A stretch of 64,000 nucleotides of DNA from Bacillota bacterium (GCA_035593725.1 DAOSZN010000010.1:2308-66307), one strand, 5' to 3'. Numbered from the stretch's first letter, positions 1 through 9,954 are shown. The notes: a model not told the origin generated them from the letters alone. Translations and numbers: made by a program.

Positions 1-60
1 GCTCCGAGAACTTTCGATGTTGCAGCGTTTCTCAGGGAGATTACTCTGTCTTTCGCTATA

Positions 61-345
61 GTGTTCAGTATGGCGATAATAGTTGCAGGAGCTTATTTAG
101 TGATGTTCTTCTGGGCGGGATTTGCCAAAGCCAATACGTACAGCAGAGCGATTCTTCTTGCGATATTTCTTTTCGTAACGTTAGGCGTAGCCGTCGCAGG
201 GCGTTTACCTGCGGTTCAAAGCTTCATACAGATAATCGAGACGAGTTCATGGGTACCTGCGATTTCAATAATTATCAGCCTGGCTGTTTATTGGGTGTGT
301 TGCGCGGTGTCTATCTCCAGAGTAAAAGCAAAAGACTGGTCATAA
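61..345 (+). CDS. Small hydrophobic membrane protein, hypothetical
   Basis: 94-aa ORF with a GTG start and 2-3 predicted TM stretches; no recognisable motif. Confidence 0.3.
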   Translation: MFSMAIIVAGAYLVMFFWAGFAKANTYSRAILLAIFLFVTLGVAVAGRLPAVQSFIQIIETSSWVPAISIIISLAVYWVCCAVSISRVKAKDWS

Positions 346-801
346 GTGTGCAAAAACCGGAACCGACAGATGGCAGCCTATCGGATCCATGTGACATTGC
401 ATGATTCTCTTGACTACGAAATGAAGAATGGGGCTGCCGGTAGCGTGACTGCCGGTAGTGCGACAAGAGCCATAAAGTCTGTTGCGGCCGGAAAAAGAGT
501 CAATAGCCTGCATCGGACTTTATGTTATAATAAAAAGAGTTACTTATTCTCTGGTTCATGTCCGTGTGTATGCTCTGACAATTCGTGTTAGTAGCCGGAG
601 TTGACAAGTGTCGCAGGCAGCCGGATTCGTGAGGCTCAGTCAATATCAGGAGATGTCAAATTCACAACGCAACTTTTATCAGGCTGTTCAAGTGATTAAT
701 ATGCGACTGTCTAAATTCATAGTAATATGAGTGAGCCTTCTTTAGTATTGCAGTAATAGATCTTTCACCGGTAGTTTTGGAAAAAAGGAGAAGTGGTAAA
801 G

Positions 802-966
802 GTGTCAACCCTAAAACCTAAGAAACACATTACTACGATAAGCATGGGTTCAACAAGAGGTGGGCTTAACGAAGGCGGTTGCAAGGAGTGCCAGGCTTCA
901 TGCCAGTCAGCATGTAAGACCTCCTGCACTGTAGGAAATCAGGTTTGCCGAGAGAAGAGAAAGTGA
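802..966 (+). CDS. scfA: SCIFF (six cysteines in forty-five residues) ribosomal peptide precursor
   Basis: 54-codon ORF (GTG start, AAGGAG 11 nt upstream) below the ORF-track length cutoff. Core GGCKECQASCQSACKTSCTVGNQVC matches the SCIFF consensus GGCGECQTSCQSACKTSCTVGNQ. Lies immediately upstream of a radical SAM/SPASM gene. Confidence 0.85.
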   Translation: MSTLKPKKHITTISMGSTRGGLNEGGCKECQASCQSACKTSCTVGNQVCREKRK

Positions 967-973
967 CGACAGG

Positions 974-2386
974 ATGTTGGGAGAGGCTAATTGGCACATA
1001 TTCTCCTGTTTCGGAAAAACACTGTTATTCGATGTCAAAACAGGGGGTCTTCATGAATTAGATGAAGCCGGACGTAACGCAGCGCTTGCTTACAGAGACA
1101 AGACGTCTCTGCCGGAAGCTAAAAAACGCCTGTCTTCCGTTCAGTGCAAGCACGGCCCAGCCTTGGCGGAAGGCTTCGAGGAATCCGTGGCTGAGGCATA
1201 CAAAGAGCTGGAAAGCATGGTGGCTGAAGGTCTTCTTTCAGACCCTGATATCTGTGATGAAGAGTATGCTCCCGGTGAAGAGACGATCGTTAAAGCCTTA
1301 TGCCTTCACGTAGCTCATGACTGTAATCTAAGGTGCAAGTATTGCTTTGGTAAGACAGGGAACTTCGGGATGACGCGGGAGCTCATGCCCATTCGAGTGG
1401 CTAAAGCATCCATTGACTTCCTGCTGGATAGGTCGGGTCCCAGGCATAACCTTAATGTAGACTTCTTCGGCGGTGAACCGCTCCTCAACTTTGATGTAGT
1501 GAAAGCTACAGTTGAGTACTGCGACGGGAAGGCAAAGGCCTTGGGAAAACATGTGGATTTCACTGTTACTACGAATTGTGTTCTGCTTGACGATGAAGTC
1601 GCATCTTTCCTTAATGAGCGAAATATGCTTGTGGTGCTGAGCCTTGACGGCAGAAAGGAAGTCAATGACAGGATGCGCGTAATGCCGGGCGGAGGGGGTA
1701 GTTACGATCATGTGGCCCCTCGGCTGGCGAAGTTCATTCAAGCTAGGGATCCTGATTCGTATTACGTGAGAGCTACATACACACGGCACAACTTGGATTT
1801 CGCATCTGATGTCCTTCACCTTGCGGATCTGGGCGCCAAGAGCATCTCAGCTGAACCTGTGGTGGGCGGAAGCGATAGGGAATACGGCATCCAAGTCGAG
1901 GATATCAGCGCTATCGAGACGGAATATGAGCGCCTTACAAAACTTTTCGTGGATAGGCAGAAAAGAGGTCGGGGTTTTCTCTTCTACCATTTCAACATAG
2001 ACTTAGACGGCGGGCCATGTCTTGCCAGGAGGCTTTCAGGGTGCGGTGCAGGAATAGATTACCTTGCTGTCTCTCCTTCCGGCAGTATCTACCCATGCCA
2101 CCAGTTTGTCGGAAAGCCTGAATTCAGGATGGGCGACGTATTCAGAGGGTCTCTTGATCCAGGAATTATCAGTCAATTTCGTCATGCTCACATATACAAT
2201 AAAAGCGGATGCGGAACTTGCTGGGCCAGATTCATTTGCAGCGGAGGATGTCATGCTGCAGCTTACGGCTCATCCGCTGATATCCTGGTTCCTGATAAGG
2301 TAGCATGCGCTATTCAGAAGAAGCGCATTGAGTGCGCTTTGACCGCGCAAGCCATGTTAAAAGACACGGCACAGCCCGGAACATAA
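974..2386 (+). CDS. scfB: SCIFF radical SAM/SPASM maturase (thioether-forming)
   Basis: CNLRCKYC (Cx3Cx2C) radical SAM motif, C-terminal Cys-rich SPASM region (CGAG...CHQF...CGTCWARFICSGGCHAAAY), 8 nt downstream of SCIFF. Confidence 0.9.
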   Translation: MLGEANWHIFSCFGKTLLFDVKTGGLHELDEAGRNAALAYRDKTSLPEAKKRLSSVQCKHGPALAEGFEESVAEAYKELESMVAEGLLSDPDICDEEYAPGEETIVKALCLHVAHDCNLRCKYCFGKTGNFGMTRELMPIRVAKASIDFLLDRSGPRHNLNVDFFGGEPLLNFDVVKATVEYCDGKAKALGKHVDFTVTTNCVLLDDEVASFLNERNMLVVLSLDGRKEVNDRMRVMPGGGGSYDHVAPRLAKFIQARDPDSYYVRATYTRHNLDFASDVLHLADLGAKSISAEPVVGGSDREYGIQVEDISAIETEYERLTKLFVDRQKRGRGFLFYHFNIDLDGGPCLARRLSGCGAGIDYLAVSPSGSIYPCHQFVGKPEFRMGDVFRGSLDPGIISQFRHAHIYNKSGCGTCWARFICSGGCHAAAYGSSADILVPDKVACAIQKKRIECALTAQAMLKDTAQPGT

Positions 2387-2409
2387 GTTAAGGGACGTGA
2401 ATTTCGGTA

Positions 2410-3960
2410 ATGGGATGGGTAGCCAGGCAGAAAAGGGAGTACTTCTTTGCTTCTTTGGCCCAGTCCGGGACTCAGGTAAAGGTGAAGAAGTATGATATAC
2501 ACGCAAATTGTTTAGTAAAGCAAGGACAGTTGCAGGCTACTACAGTTGTTACGCTCTCGGCGATTATGCCTAATGTGACAAAACATTGTTTTGTCCTGAA
2601 TTCCGGTCTTCAAGTGAGCTCTATAAGCAGAGACGGAGTCGGACTCGCTTTCCGTGAGCGTGAATTCTCAGACGTGAGAGGCCTGAAAGCTGTTTGGGTA
2701 TATTTTCCTGAGCCTCTTCGCGAAAATGATGAGGTGGAGCTTGCTTTTGAATACTCAGGCCGTCCTGTTGGAAACAGTGGTGTTCAGGTTGACGACAGCG
2801 GAATGCGCCTATCCCGGAAATCCGCTTGGTACCCTGTGGGTGCGGGGTTTGACTCATTTACTGCACGTATTACCTGTGTAACCTGTCCGGGTTTTGTGTC
2901 AGTGTCAGACGGGGAACTTGTTTCCCTGTCAGAGAGGGATGACAGGGTAGTATATGTATGGGAAGTCAGGGAGCGGATTTCCGGATTATCTCTTACCTCA
3001 GGCAAGTTTGAAATGGCATGCAGGACACACCGAGGAGTCAAGCTCGAGTTATACCTCGGCCAGGCGCTGAAGGACAATATCGAGCCTGCAATCGGCCTCT
3101 TCTGTGATGTGCTTGACGCCTACATTGACATGCTTGGCAACCCCCCGTCGGACAGGTTCGTGTCCGTCCTGAGGCGGCGATATCCGGATGATGAGCAAGA
3201 AGTGCGTATGGTTACTGCGCTTGGTCATGAAATGGCGCATGTATGGTGGGGTAGTCCCATATCAGTGGGGTTTGGCGATACCTGGTTCCATGAATCGCTG
3301 GCTCGGACCATGGCTTATGAGACGGTAGGGCGTGTCTTGGGGCATGATGCTGAAACCGAGCTTGTCCACGAAGAAATCGACAGGTGGGAAGCTGACGCCA
3401 AGCTGGGGCCCGGAGCTGCTGAGAGCGTTCTTCTCTGGGCGAAGAGCAGGGCGCCGTACGCTCCTAGGCCGGTATGCATCAGAACCGCCCTTGCCCTTCG
3501 GTTGCTCGGTTATACGTTGGGTGAGGATATGTTCTTTGAGATCCTTCGTCGACACCTGTCTATTCATCGGGCAAAACCTTCCGGGCTCAGAGATTTTGTC
3601 AGAGTGGCAGAGCGGGCATCAGGCATGGACGTAGACGGTTTTATGAAACGGTGGTTGGGTAACACTTCTTGTTTTGCTTATGAAATCCAGCCTGCAGTTT
3701 GCTCCAGGAAATCAGACGACAGGTTTGTGACCAAATTCTCTTTAGTTAACAAAGGCGACGCTTACGGCCCTGTGAAAGCTGATATCCTCCTTTTAGGAGA
3801 TGGAGTCGAGACCTTGGAACAAGTGATAATAACAGGCAGGAACCAGGTGCTTCATGTTGTCACAAACCATTACGTCAATTCTGTTGTTCTGGATCCCGGC
3901 GCTTACCTTCCCAACATAAGTTGGCGAAATTGCCGGGTTGAGACTACCCGTAAAGGCTGA
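2410..3960 (+). CDS. Gluzincin (M1-family-like) zinc metallopeptidase, short form
   Basis: GHEMAHVWWG...WFHESLA = HEXXH-X18-E gluzincin signature. Start uncertain (weak SD at 2410). Only 24 nt after scfB. Confidence 0.55.
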   Translation: MGWVARQKREYFFASLAQSGTQVKVKKYDIHANCLVKQGQLQATTVVTLSAIMPNVTKHCFVLNSGLQVSSISRDGVGLAFREREFSDVRGLKAVWVYFPEPLRENDEVELAFEYSGRPVGNSGVQVDDSGMRLSRKSAWYPVGAGFDSFTARITCVTCPGFVSVSDGELVSLSERDDRVVYVWEVRERISGLSLTSGKFEMACRTHRGVKLELYLGQALKDNIEPAIGLFCDVLDAYIDMLGNPPSDRFVSVLRRRYPDDEQEVRMVTALGHEMAHVWWGSPISVGFGDTWFHESLARTMAYETVGRVLGHDAETELVHEEIDRWEADAKLGPGAAESVLLWAKSRAPYAPRPVCIRTALALRLLGYTLGEDMFFEILRRHLSIHRAKPSGLRDFVRVAERASGMDVDGFMKRWLGNTSCFAYEIQPAVCSRKSDDRFVTKFSLVNKGDAYGPVKADILLLGDGVETLEQVIITGRNQVLHVVTNHYVNSVVLDPGAYLPNISWRNCRVETTRKG

Positions 3961-4081
3961 CACAGGTGATTATGGCACAGACATTCATCGGTATTAAAAA
4001 GTTGCTCTGAAGTGTGGACAAGATATACGTGCACGCAGGAGTTTTCTTAAGGAGTCATTTTTAAGAAGGGGGGCGGTACAG

Positions 4082-5461
4082 ATGGAAAGAACATCGTTCA
4101 GAGAACCGGTGGCCGGTCGGGTTGCTTTCGTTGCTTTAGCAGTCGTGCTCGCTTTTATTATGTTGTTAAGCGCATGTGCGGTAGATAGATGCATAGAGGC
4201 AAAGGATGCGAGCCTGCATGAGATGGAAGGTCATTGGGAAGGCGCCATAAACGTAATGGGGCAAGAGCTTATTATAAGGGTGGATTTTGCGGTTTGCGAC
4301 GGGACGTTGTCAGGGACGATCGATATTCCTCAGCAAGGAGCTTTAGGGTTGCCTCTTGCTAATATCAAGCTTGAATCGCCTAACATACACTTTGAACTGC
4401 CTGTGCCTAATGCGAGAGCTGATTTTGACGGCGTTCTGGCAGGGGATGAGATTTCCGGCGATTTTCTGCAAAGCGGGGTGAAGGGGAGCTTCAGCATAAA
4501 GAGAACGGTTTCGGAGGCAACCGGTACGACGGCTGATGATCCAAAGATATCATCTATTGGGAAGTCAGAAGATGTTCTTCTTGAGACCTCCACAGGCAAG
4601 ATCCATGGAACGCTTCAGCTCCCGGAAGCTCCGGAAATGTGTCCTGTTGTGCTGATAATTGCAGGCTCAGGGCCGACTGATCGTGACGGCAACTCTCCTC
4701 TAGTGCCTGGCAAGAATGATAGTCTGAAGATGATCGCTCAAGGCCTTGCAGAAAACGGCATTGCCTCAGTGCGCTATGATAAGAGAGGAATTGGCGAAAG
4801 CACAGGCGCTATGTTTGGGAAAAGTGAAGCCGACTTACGTTTTGATCATTATGTGGACGATGCAGTTGCATGGATCGAACGCTTGAAAGCCGATCCTCGC
4901 TTCTCCGGAGTGGTGGTTCTCGGCCATAGCGAAGGGTCTTTAATCGGCATAGCTGCTGCTAACAAGGTCTCCTCCGGATTGTCAGGAGTTATCTCAGTGG
5001 CAGGCGCAGGCAAACCTGCATACGAGTTAATAACAGAACAGCTGGCAAATGAAGCGAAAGAGATTCGAGACGAAAGCCATGGGATAATGGAGGAATTGAA
5101 AAAGGGAAATGAAGTGGCAAACGTAAGCCTTGAACTCATGCCGCTCTTCAGACCCAGCGTGCAACCGTATTTAATTTCATGGTTTGAGTATGACCCGGCA
5201 GCTGAAATAGGGAACCTGGATGTTCCTGTGCTGATTTTGCAGGGTACAACTGACTTGCAGGTGTCTTGTGAGGATGCGAAGTTGCTGGCAAAAGCGAAGC
5301 CTGACGCGAAACTCAAGATTATAGACGGCATGAATCATGTCCTAAAAGAAGCGCCTATTGACTATGGGGAGAATCTGGCGACCTATGGCAATCCCACACT
5401 ACCCCTGGCGCCGGGTTTTCTTGAGGAGATCATAAGCTTCGTTAAGGAATGCGTTAAGTAG
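4082..5461 (+). CDS. Lipoprotein alpha/beta hydrolase
   Basis: Signal peptide with lipobox LLSAC, GHSEGS nucleophile elbow (GxSxG), alpha/beta hydrolase architecture. Confidence 0.6.
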   Translation: MERTSFREPVAGRVAFVALAVVLAFIMLLSACAVDRCIEAKDASLHEMEGHWEGAINVMGQELIIRVDFAVCDGTLSGTIDIPQQGALGLPLANIKLESPNIHFELPVPNARADFDGVLAGDEISGDFLQSGVKGSFSIKRTVSEATGTTADDPKISSIGKSEDVLLETSTGKIHGTLQLPEAPEMCPVVLIIAGSGPTDRDGNSPLVPGKNDSLKMIAQGLAENGIASVRYDKRGIGESTGAMFGKSEADLRFDHYVDDAVAWIERLKADPRFSGVVVLGHSEGSLIGIAAANKVSSGLSGVISVAGAGKPAYELITEQLANEAKEIRDESHGIMEELKKGNEVANVSLELMPLFRPSVQPYLISWFEYDPAAEIGNLDVPVLILQGTTDLQVSCEDAKLLAKAKPDAKLKIIDGMNHVLKEAPIDYGENLATYGNPTLPLAPGFLEEIISFVKECVK

Positions 5462-6791
5462 AAGTTGTAAGGAACCTGTCTCGTTCGGTATCTTGCAGGT
5501 ATACGTGGTCCAGTTGAGGTTCTTTGCACGCGTTTTCAAATTCCGCTTCCGCTGCGCTTCTGCAGGTACGGCAAGCATGCCACGGGATAATTATTGCAGC
5601 TATACGTGAGACTTTTCCAATATCATGGACAGCACCTGAGACTACAAGCCGCCAGCCGCTGCACGATTCGCACCTTGCGATGCGCTCAAATTGCTGTTCA
5701 GAGATGCCGTCAGTGTCATAATAGATTCTGCGTTCTCTCTCATAAACCGGTCCGGGGCCGAAAACCCTGTCCGGGTCAATGTTTTTTCGCGTGTTCCACA
5801 TTTTCCTTAAGGTATCCACCAGTCCCCTGATATTTTGTGTTACTCTGTCAGATTGCGGAGTCACCCGCGCTGACCGGTCAGGCTCTTTGACTGCGCTATA
5901 ATCCAGGCCTGCCAGGGCCAACAAAATACCGGCATTGATATACGGAAGGGCGCCTTCAATAGAATAGCCTCCCTCCAGCACTACGATGTCGGGGGCAAGG
6001 AGCTCAGTAAGACGGGCATACCCTCCGGCTGTGAAGTTCATGTTTGTAAGAGGGTCAGTGTAGTGATTGTCCTGGCCTGCCGCGTTTATTACGATATCAG
6101 GCTCGTAGTCTTCAAGTATAGGGAGGACAAGGTTTTCCAGGACGTATAAAATCCCGTCATCTCCTGTCCCCGGAGGAAGGGGCACGTTTACGGTCATTCC
6201 GTAAGATGCAGGCCCGCCTCGCTCCTCGACGAAGCCTGTCCCCGGATAAAGGGTCCGTCCGTCTTGATGGAGCGAGATGTGGAGCACACCCGGGTCATTG
6301 TAGAAGATATCCTGTGTGCCGTCGGCATGGTGCGCATCAGTATCCACTATGGCAATGCGTATGTCCGGTCCGTAAGTATGACGAATGTGTTCCACCATTA
6401 TTGCTTCATTGTTTACTAAGCAGAATCCCCGTGACCCGTGGACTATTCTCATTGCATGGTGACCGGGCGGACGGAGGAGCGCGAACGCTCGGTCAACTTT
6501 ACCTGTGAGGACAAGATCAGCTGCGACCATTGTCCCGCCTGCTGCGATCCTGTGAGATTCGGTAATGACTCCGGATGCATCAGGGACACACACGTGTATA
6601 CGATTTATGTGGGAATCCTCTGCGATTTCAGGCCTGTACTCTTCGATACCTGCAACATCCAACAGGCCTTCTTCCATAATCTGATCCCTTGTATAGAGGA
6701 GCCGTTCTTCCCGTTCCGGGTGATCCGGGGTGATTGCCCAGTCAAAAGCGGGAAAGAAGATAAGTCCTACCTTGTGTTTACTTGTTTGCAC
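5454..6791 (-). CDS. Histone deacetylase-family protein (AcuC/acetoin utilisation-like deacetylase)
   Basis: RPPGHHA, DTDAHHADGTQDIFY (HDAC DxHHGDG-like), GDD/YGM region; GTG start with GGAGGT SD. Confidence 0.8.
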   Translation of the reverse strand: MQTSKHKVGLIFFPAFDWAITPDHPEREERLLYTRDQIMEEGLLDVAGIEEYRPEIAEDSHINRIHVCVPDASGVITESHRIAAGGTMVAADLVLTGKVDRAFALLRPPGHHAMRIVHGSRGFCLVNNEAIMVEHIRHTYGPDIRIAIVDTDAHHADGTQDIFYNDPGVLHISLHQDGRTLYPGTGFVEERGGPASYGMTVNVPLPPGTGDDGILYVLENLVLPILEDYEPDIVINAAGQDNHYTDPLTNMNFTAGGYARLTELLAPDIVVLEGGYSIEGALPYINAGILLALAGLDYSAVKEPDRSARVTPQSDRVTQNIRGLVDTLRKMWNTRKNIDPDRVFGPGPVYERERRIYYDTDGISEQQFERIARCESCSGWRLVVSGAVHDIGKVSRIAAIIIPWHACRTCRSAAEAEFENACKEPQLDHVYLQDTERDRFLTTST

Positions 6792-6864
6792 TTAACTATG
6801 ACCTCCGCTGTCCCGGACGAGTCCGGGTGTTTAAGATTATGAGAACCACGATAACCGGGAAGGA

Positions 6865-8622
6865 TTAATCCGGCGAAGAACATATCCTCCTAACCCCCGG
6901 TCTGACCTGGGCACGAATCATAAACGTGCGTCCTACGGTATGGAATCCTCGCACCATATTAAAGCTTTCTTCCTCCACTATCTGGATGTTATCAGCCTCA
7001 TCAAGGCCCAGCTTCTTCCCGAACTTGGTTGCCCATGCCATAGCTTCTCTTCTGGCCTGATTGATTCCAAAGAGGACAGGCCTTTCAATTTTGCCTACAT
7101 AGTCCGCTTCCGGCACGGTCATAACACCTAAAGCCGTATCCGCGTGTAGAGTAATCTGAGCTGTCGGACGGCTTGCTGCAGCTCCTATAGCGTTTGCGCT
7201 TTCATAACAGGGAAGGACTTGGTACTTAAGTCCTAAGCTTTCCGCGATAGGAGGGATAAAGACTCCTGCAGGGGCGCCGAGTCCTATCAGCGCCTGAGGA
7301 CGAATATCAGGAGGCGTCAGTATTTCTGAGACGGTATAGACAGGTCGTGATTCAAGATACTCATAGGTCTCTTCAATTGCCACCACAAGCTGCTTGATAA
7401 AAGTATCTATGATCTTTGTGGCCAGCTCTTTTGCGCCTATGCCGTAAATCTCGGCGAAATCAGCCAAAGCCCTTGTGGCCTGCGAAGCGCTGCCGACCTT
7501 CGCTAATCCTAAAGCTACTGCCGCGTCAGTTGGGGTAATACAGTCACCGCCGAAGGCAGCAGGGGTTCCCGCACGCCTCGGGCCTATCTCCAGCTCTATA
7601 TCAAGATCAAGGGTATTATTACCGGAGAGGCTTGCGTCTGTCTCCTTGTTTGATTCCAAACGACGGACGACTTTAATTTCCGAGTCGCCCCCGAGACCTA
7701 TTGATCTGGAGAAAAGGGCGGGCACAAGAGTCTTGTACCCTGCGATTTCAGCGCCTTGCCGCTGGAAGACTGTATCCCCTTTGATTTGCACGGAGATATC
7801 GGTGGTTGTACCCCCGATATCCAAGATTACCGTATTTGAATCAGGATAGGCTGATAAGGCTTCCGCACCCATGATACTTGCTGCCGGTCCTGAAAGAATG
7901 GTTTCAACAGGACGGATCAGGGAATCCTCCAGCTGCATAGTGCCGCCGTCGGCTTTCAACAGGAATACCCGGCCGACGCTCCTGTCGCGAACCATAAACT
8001 TTCGGATCATGTCCACGAAAACAGCCTGATGCCGGGCTATGCTTGCATTAAGATATGAAGTGGCCATGCGGCGCGGGAAGTTGGGACGCCCTGACAGCCT
8101 GTGTCCAAGTGTGATGCGGCCGGTTTTGGAAGCCCTCTTTAGGATAAGCTTTTCGATTTCCAGCTCATGCCCGGGGTTTCTGTGTGAGAACTTGCCCACG
8201 ACAGCCAAGGCGGTTGCACCGCCGGCCTCCGCCTGACTAACAGCGTCCAGGACTTCTTCTTGGTTGATAGGGGCGACTTCACGGCCTCTATGGTCCATTG
8301 AGCCTGACAGCACATAGATTGGAAATCCCGGGTTTAACTCGGCGACGTTCATCCCGGGTCCGGGAGCAGCCAGGACGGCTGTAGGGTCACCTTGTCCTTC
8401 GATGATTGCATTTGTGGATAAGGTTGTGCTGAGGTGCAGTTCAATTGGGTCTGACAGGTCAGGGCGGTCATATGCATTGAGGAGCTTCTCAAATGCCAAG
8501 GTTGTGCTTTCCAGTAGTTGATCATGGCAAGTAGGCACTTTTGCTGTGGCAAGGATCCTTCCTTCAGAAATGAGCGCAGCATCGGTATTAGTTCCGCCAA
8601 CATCTATTCCTACAATGACCAT
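6865..8622 (-). CDS. Hydantoinase/oxoprolinase-family (ASKHA-fold) protein
   Basis: N-terminal MVIVGIDVGGTNTDAAL resembles hydantoinase_A GIDVGGTFTD; 585 aa; SD GAAGGTGAG upstream of ATG. Confidence 0.5.
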   Translation of the reverse strand: MVIVGIDVGGTNTDAALISEGRILATAKVPTCHDQLLESTTLAFEKLLNAYDRPDLSDPIELHLSTTLSTNAIIEGQGDPTAVLAAPGPGMNVAELNPGFPIYVLSGSMDHRGREVAPINQEEVLDAVSQAEAGGATALAVVGKFSHRNPGHELEIEKLILKRASKTGRITLGHRLSGRPNFPRRMATSYLNASIARHQAVFVDMIRKFMVRDRSVGRVFLLKADGGTMQLEDSLIRPVETILSGPAASIMGAEALSAYPDSNTVILDIGGTTTDISVQIKGDTVFQRQGAEIAGYKTLVPALFSRSIGLGGDSEIKVVRRLESNKETDASLSGNNTLDLDIELEIGPRRAGTPAAFGGDCITPTDAAVALGLAKVGSASQATRALADFAEIYGIGAKELATKIIDTFIKQLVVAIEETYEYLESRPVYTVSEILTPPDIRPQALIGLGAPAGVFIPPIAESLGLKYQVLPCYESANAIGAAASRPTAQITLHADTALGVMTVPEADYVGKIERPVLFGINQARREAMAWATKFGKKLGLDEADNIQIVEEESFNMVRGFHTVGRTFMIRAQVRPGVRRICSSPD

Positions 8623-8928
8623 GTTCGTATACTCACCTTCATGCTGATATTCAGTCTTTTTTTGTCAATGTCATCTTATCTTTTTACATCCGGCTTACTG
8701 CTTGTTACTATATGACTCTGACTATAATGGTACAGTATAAAACAGGAAGACTCAAGCCGGTCCATGCCGCGGAGCTCTGCGAACCGCGTCGCCGCTGTAA
8801 TGAAATCTCTGTGGAGCAGGAGTCTTCCGCCTGACGCAGAAGGTAATCTCTGTATAGTCCCTTTGCTCCGGGGGGTACAATTCTTTTGCCGTCGGTAGGG
8901 GCCGAACGGAGAAAAGGAGGCGCGCTTT

Positions 8929-9234
8929 GTGGAAGAGACTTTAAAGACGATAGTCAGGATAATCGTGGAGACTGCAGATCCCGACAAAATCATCCTTTTC
9001 GGTTCGAGGAGCCGTAAAGGATGGCCTGAAGACAGCGACTACGACATCCTCGTGATAAAAGAAGGCATATATCACAGAAGAAGACTCACTCAAGAAATCT
9101 ATCGAGCATTATCCGGGGTTCCCGTTGCTATAGATATAGTGTTGGAGACGCCGGAGAGACTGGCTCGGTACAGCGATACGCCTGGACTTGTTTACGCCGA
9201 AGCATTGAAAGGTCGTGTCCTTTATGAAAGATAA
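8929..9234 (+). CDS. Nucleotidyltransferase (MNT-type antitoxin)
   Basis: ILFGSRSRKG...DSDYDILVI minimal nucleotidyltransferase motif (GS...D.D); GTG start with GAAAAGGAGG SD. Confidence 0.7.
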   Translation: MEETLKTIVRIIVETADPDKIILFGSRSRKGWPEDSDYDILVIKEGIYHRRRLTQEIYRALSGVPVAIDIVLETPERLARYSDTPGLVYAEALKGRVLYER

Positions 9235-9616
9235 TCCGTGGGAGATGTGGATTCGAAGGGCAAGAAGCAATCTTGTCAGAGCGAAACAGGGGAGACAGTG
9301 CGATGACGTTTTGTATGAGGATCTCTGTTTTGATGCTCAACAAGCAGCTGAAAAGTGTCTGAAAGGGCTTTTGATATATCTTGGTCGGAACGCGCCGAGG
9401 ACCCATTCCATCGGACATCTGCTCAACCTCATCAGGGAAAGCGGCAAGGTCACTGTTCCGCCTGAGGTCACAGAGGCGGTGATCCTTAATGAGTACGCTG
9501 TCACCACTCGTTATCCGGGGGATTGGGAACCGGTGACTCGCGAAGAGTATGAAGAAGCGGTAAGGATAGCTGATGAGATCTGGAACTGGGTCACAGGCAT
9601 TACCGGCTACGCCTAA
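9224..9616 (+). CDS. HEPN-domain protein (HepT-like toxin)
   Basis: Overlaps the MNT stop by 11 nt; R-X5-H motif (RTHSIGH), ~130 aa; typical MNT/HEPN pairing. Confidence 0.65.
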   Translation: MKDNPWEMWIRRARSNLVRAKQGRQCDDVLYEDLCFDAQQAAEKCLKGLLIYLGRNAPRTHSIGHLLNLIRESGKVTVPPEVTEAVILNEYAVTTRYPGDWEPVTREEYEEAVRIADEIWNWVTGITGYA

Positions 9617-9954
9617 GTCTTCCAGACTTGCTAAACTCGATTGTCCAAAGAAGGATTCCCAAAACCAATATGGAATAAACTTAGAGGAAACATTTGGAGG
9701 ATAAGTTCCGGCACTCTCGTATAGACCTGATCATGATGGGTTCAGGCGTTTCTACCAGGAGGCCGCAACCAACCTGGCTACGAGGGACTAGGAGAGGTGT
9801 TATCATATCTCGGTGTTCGCCTCTCATTGCGCCCAAGTCCGTGGTTTGCGACCTCCTTGTATTTTTCTGTCTTTGCATTTGTCATGTCTCACAGTCAGGT
9901 TAACAACGAAAATGGCAAAGTGTGAATTGAGTTTGGGGAGTCATACTGAAAGGA

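Noticed and set aside
346-591. 81-aa ORF following the first small membrane ORF
   Set aside because: No SD, low-complexity composition, no motif; probably non-coding.
1062-2303. Several 60-160-aa ORFs in alternative frames/strands inside scfB (1062, 1315, 1328, 1809, 2036, 2064)
   Set aside because: They lie wholly inside a well-supported coding gene with strong motif evidence and have no independent signals. Comparable shadow ORFs inside other confident genes (for example 22528 and 22600 in the SSS transporter, 57597-58115 in the IolG-like gene) were ignored for the same reason.
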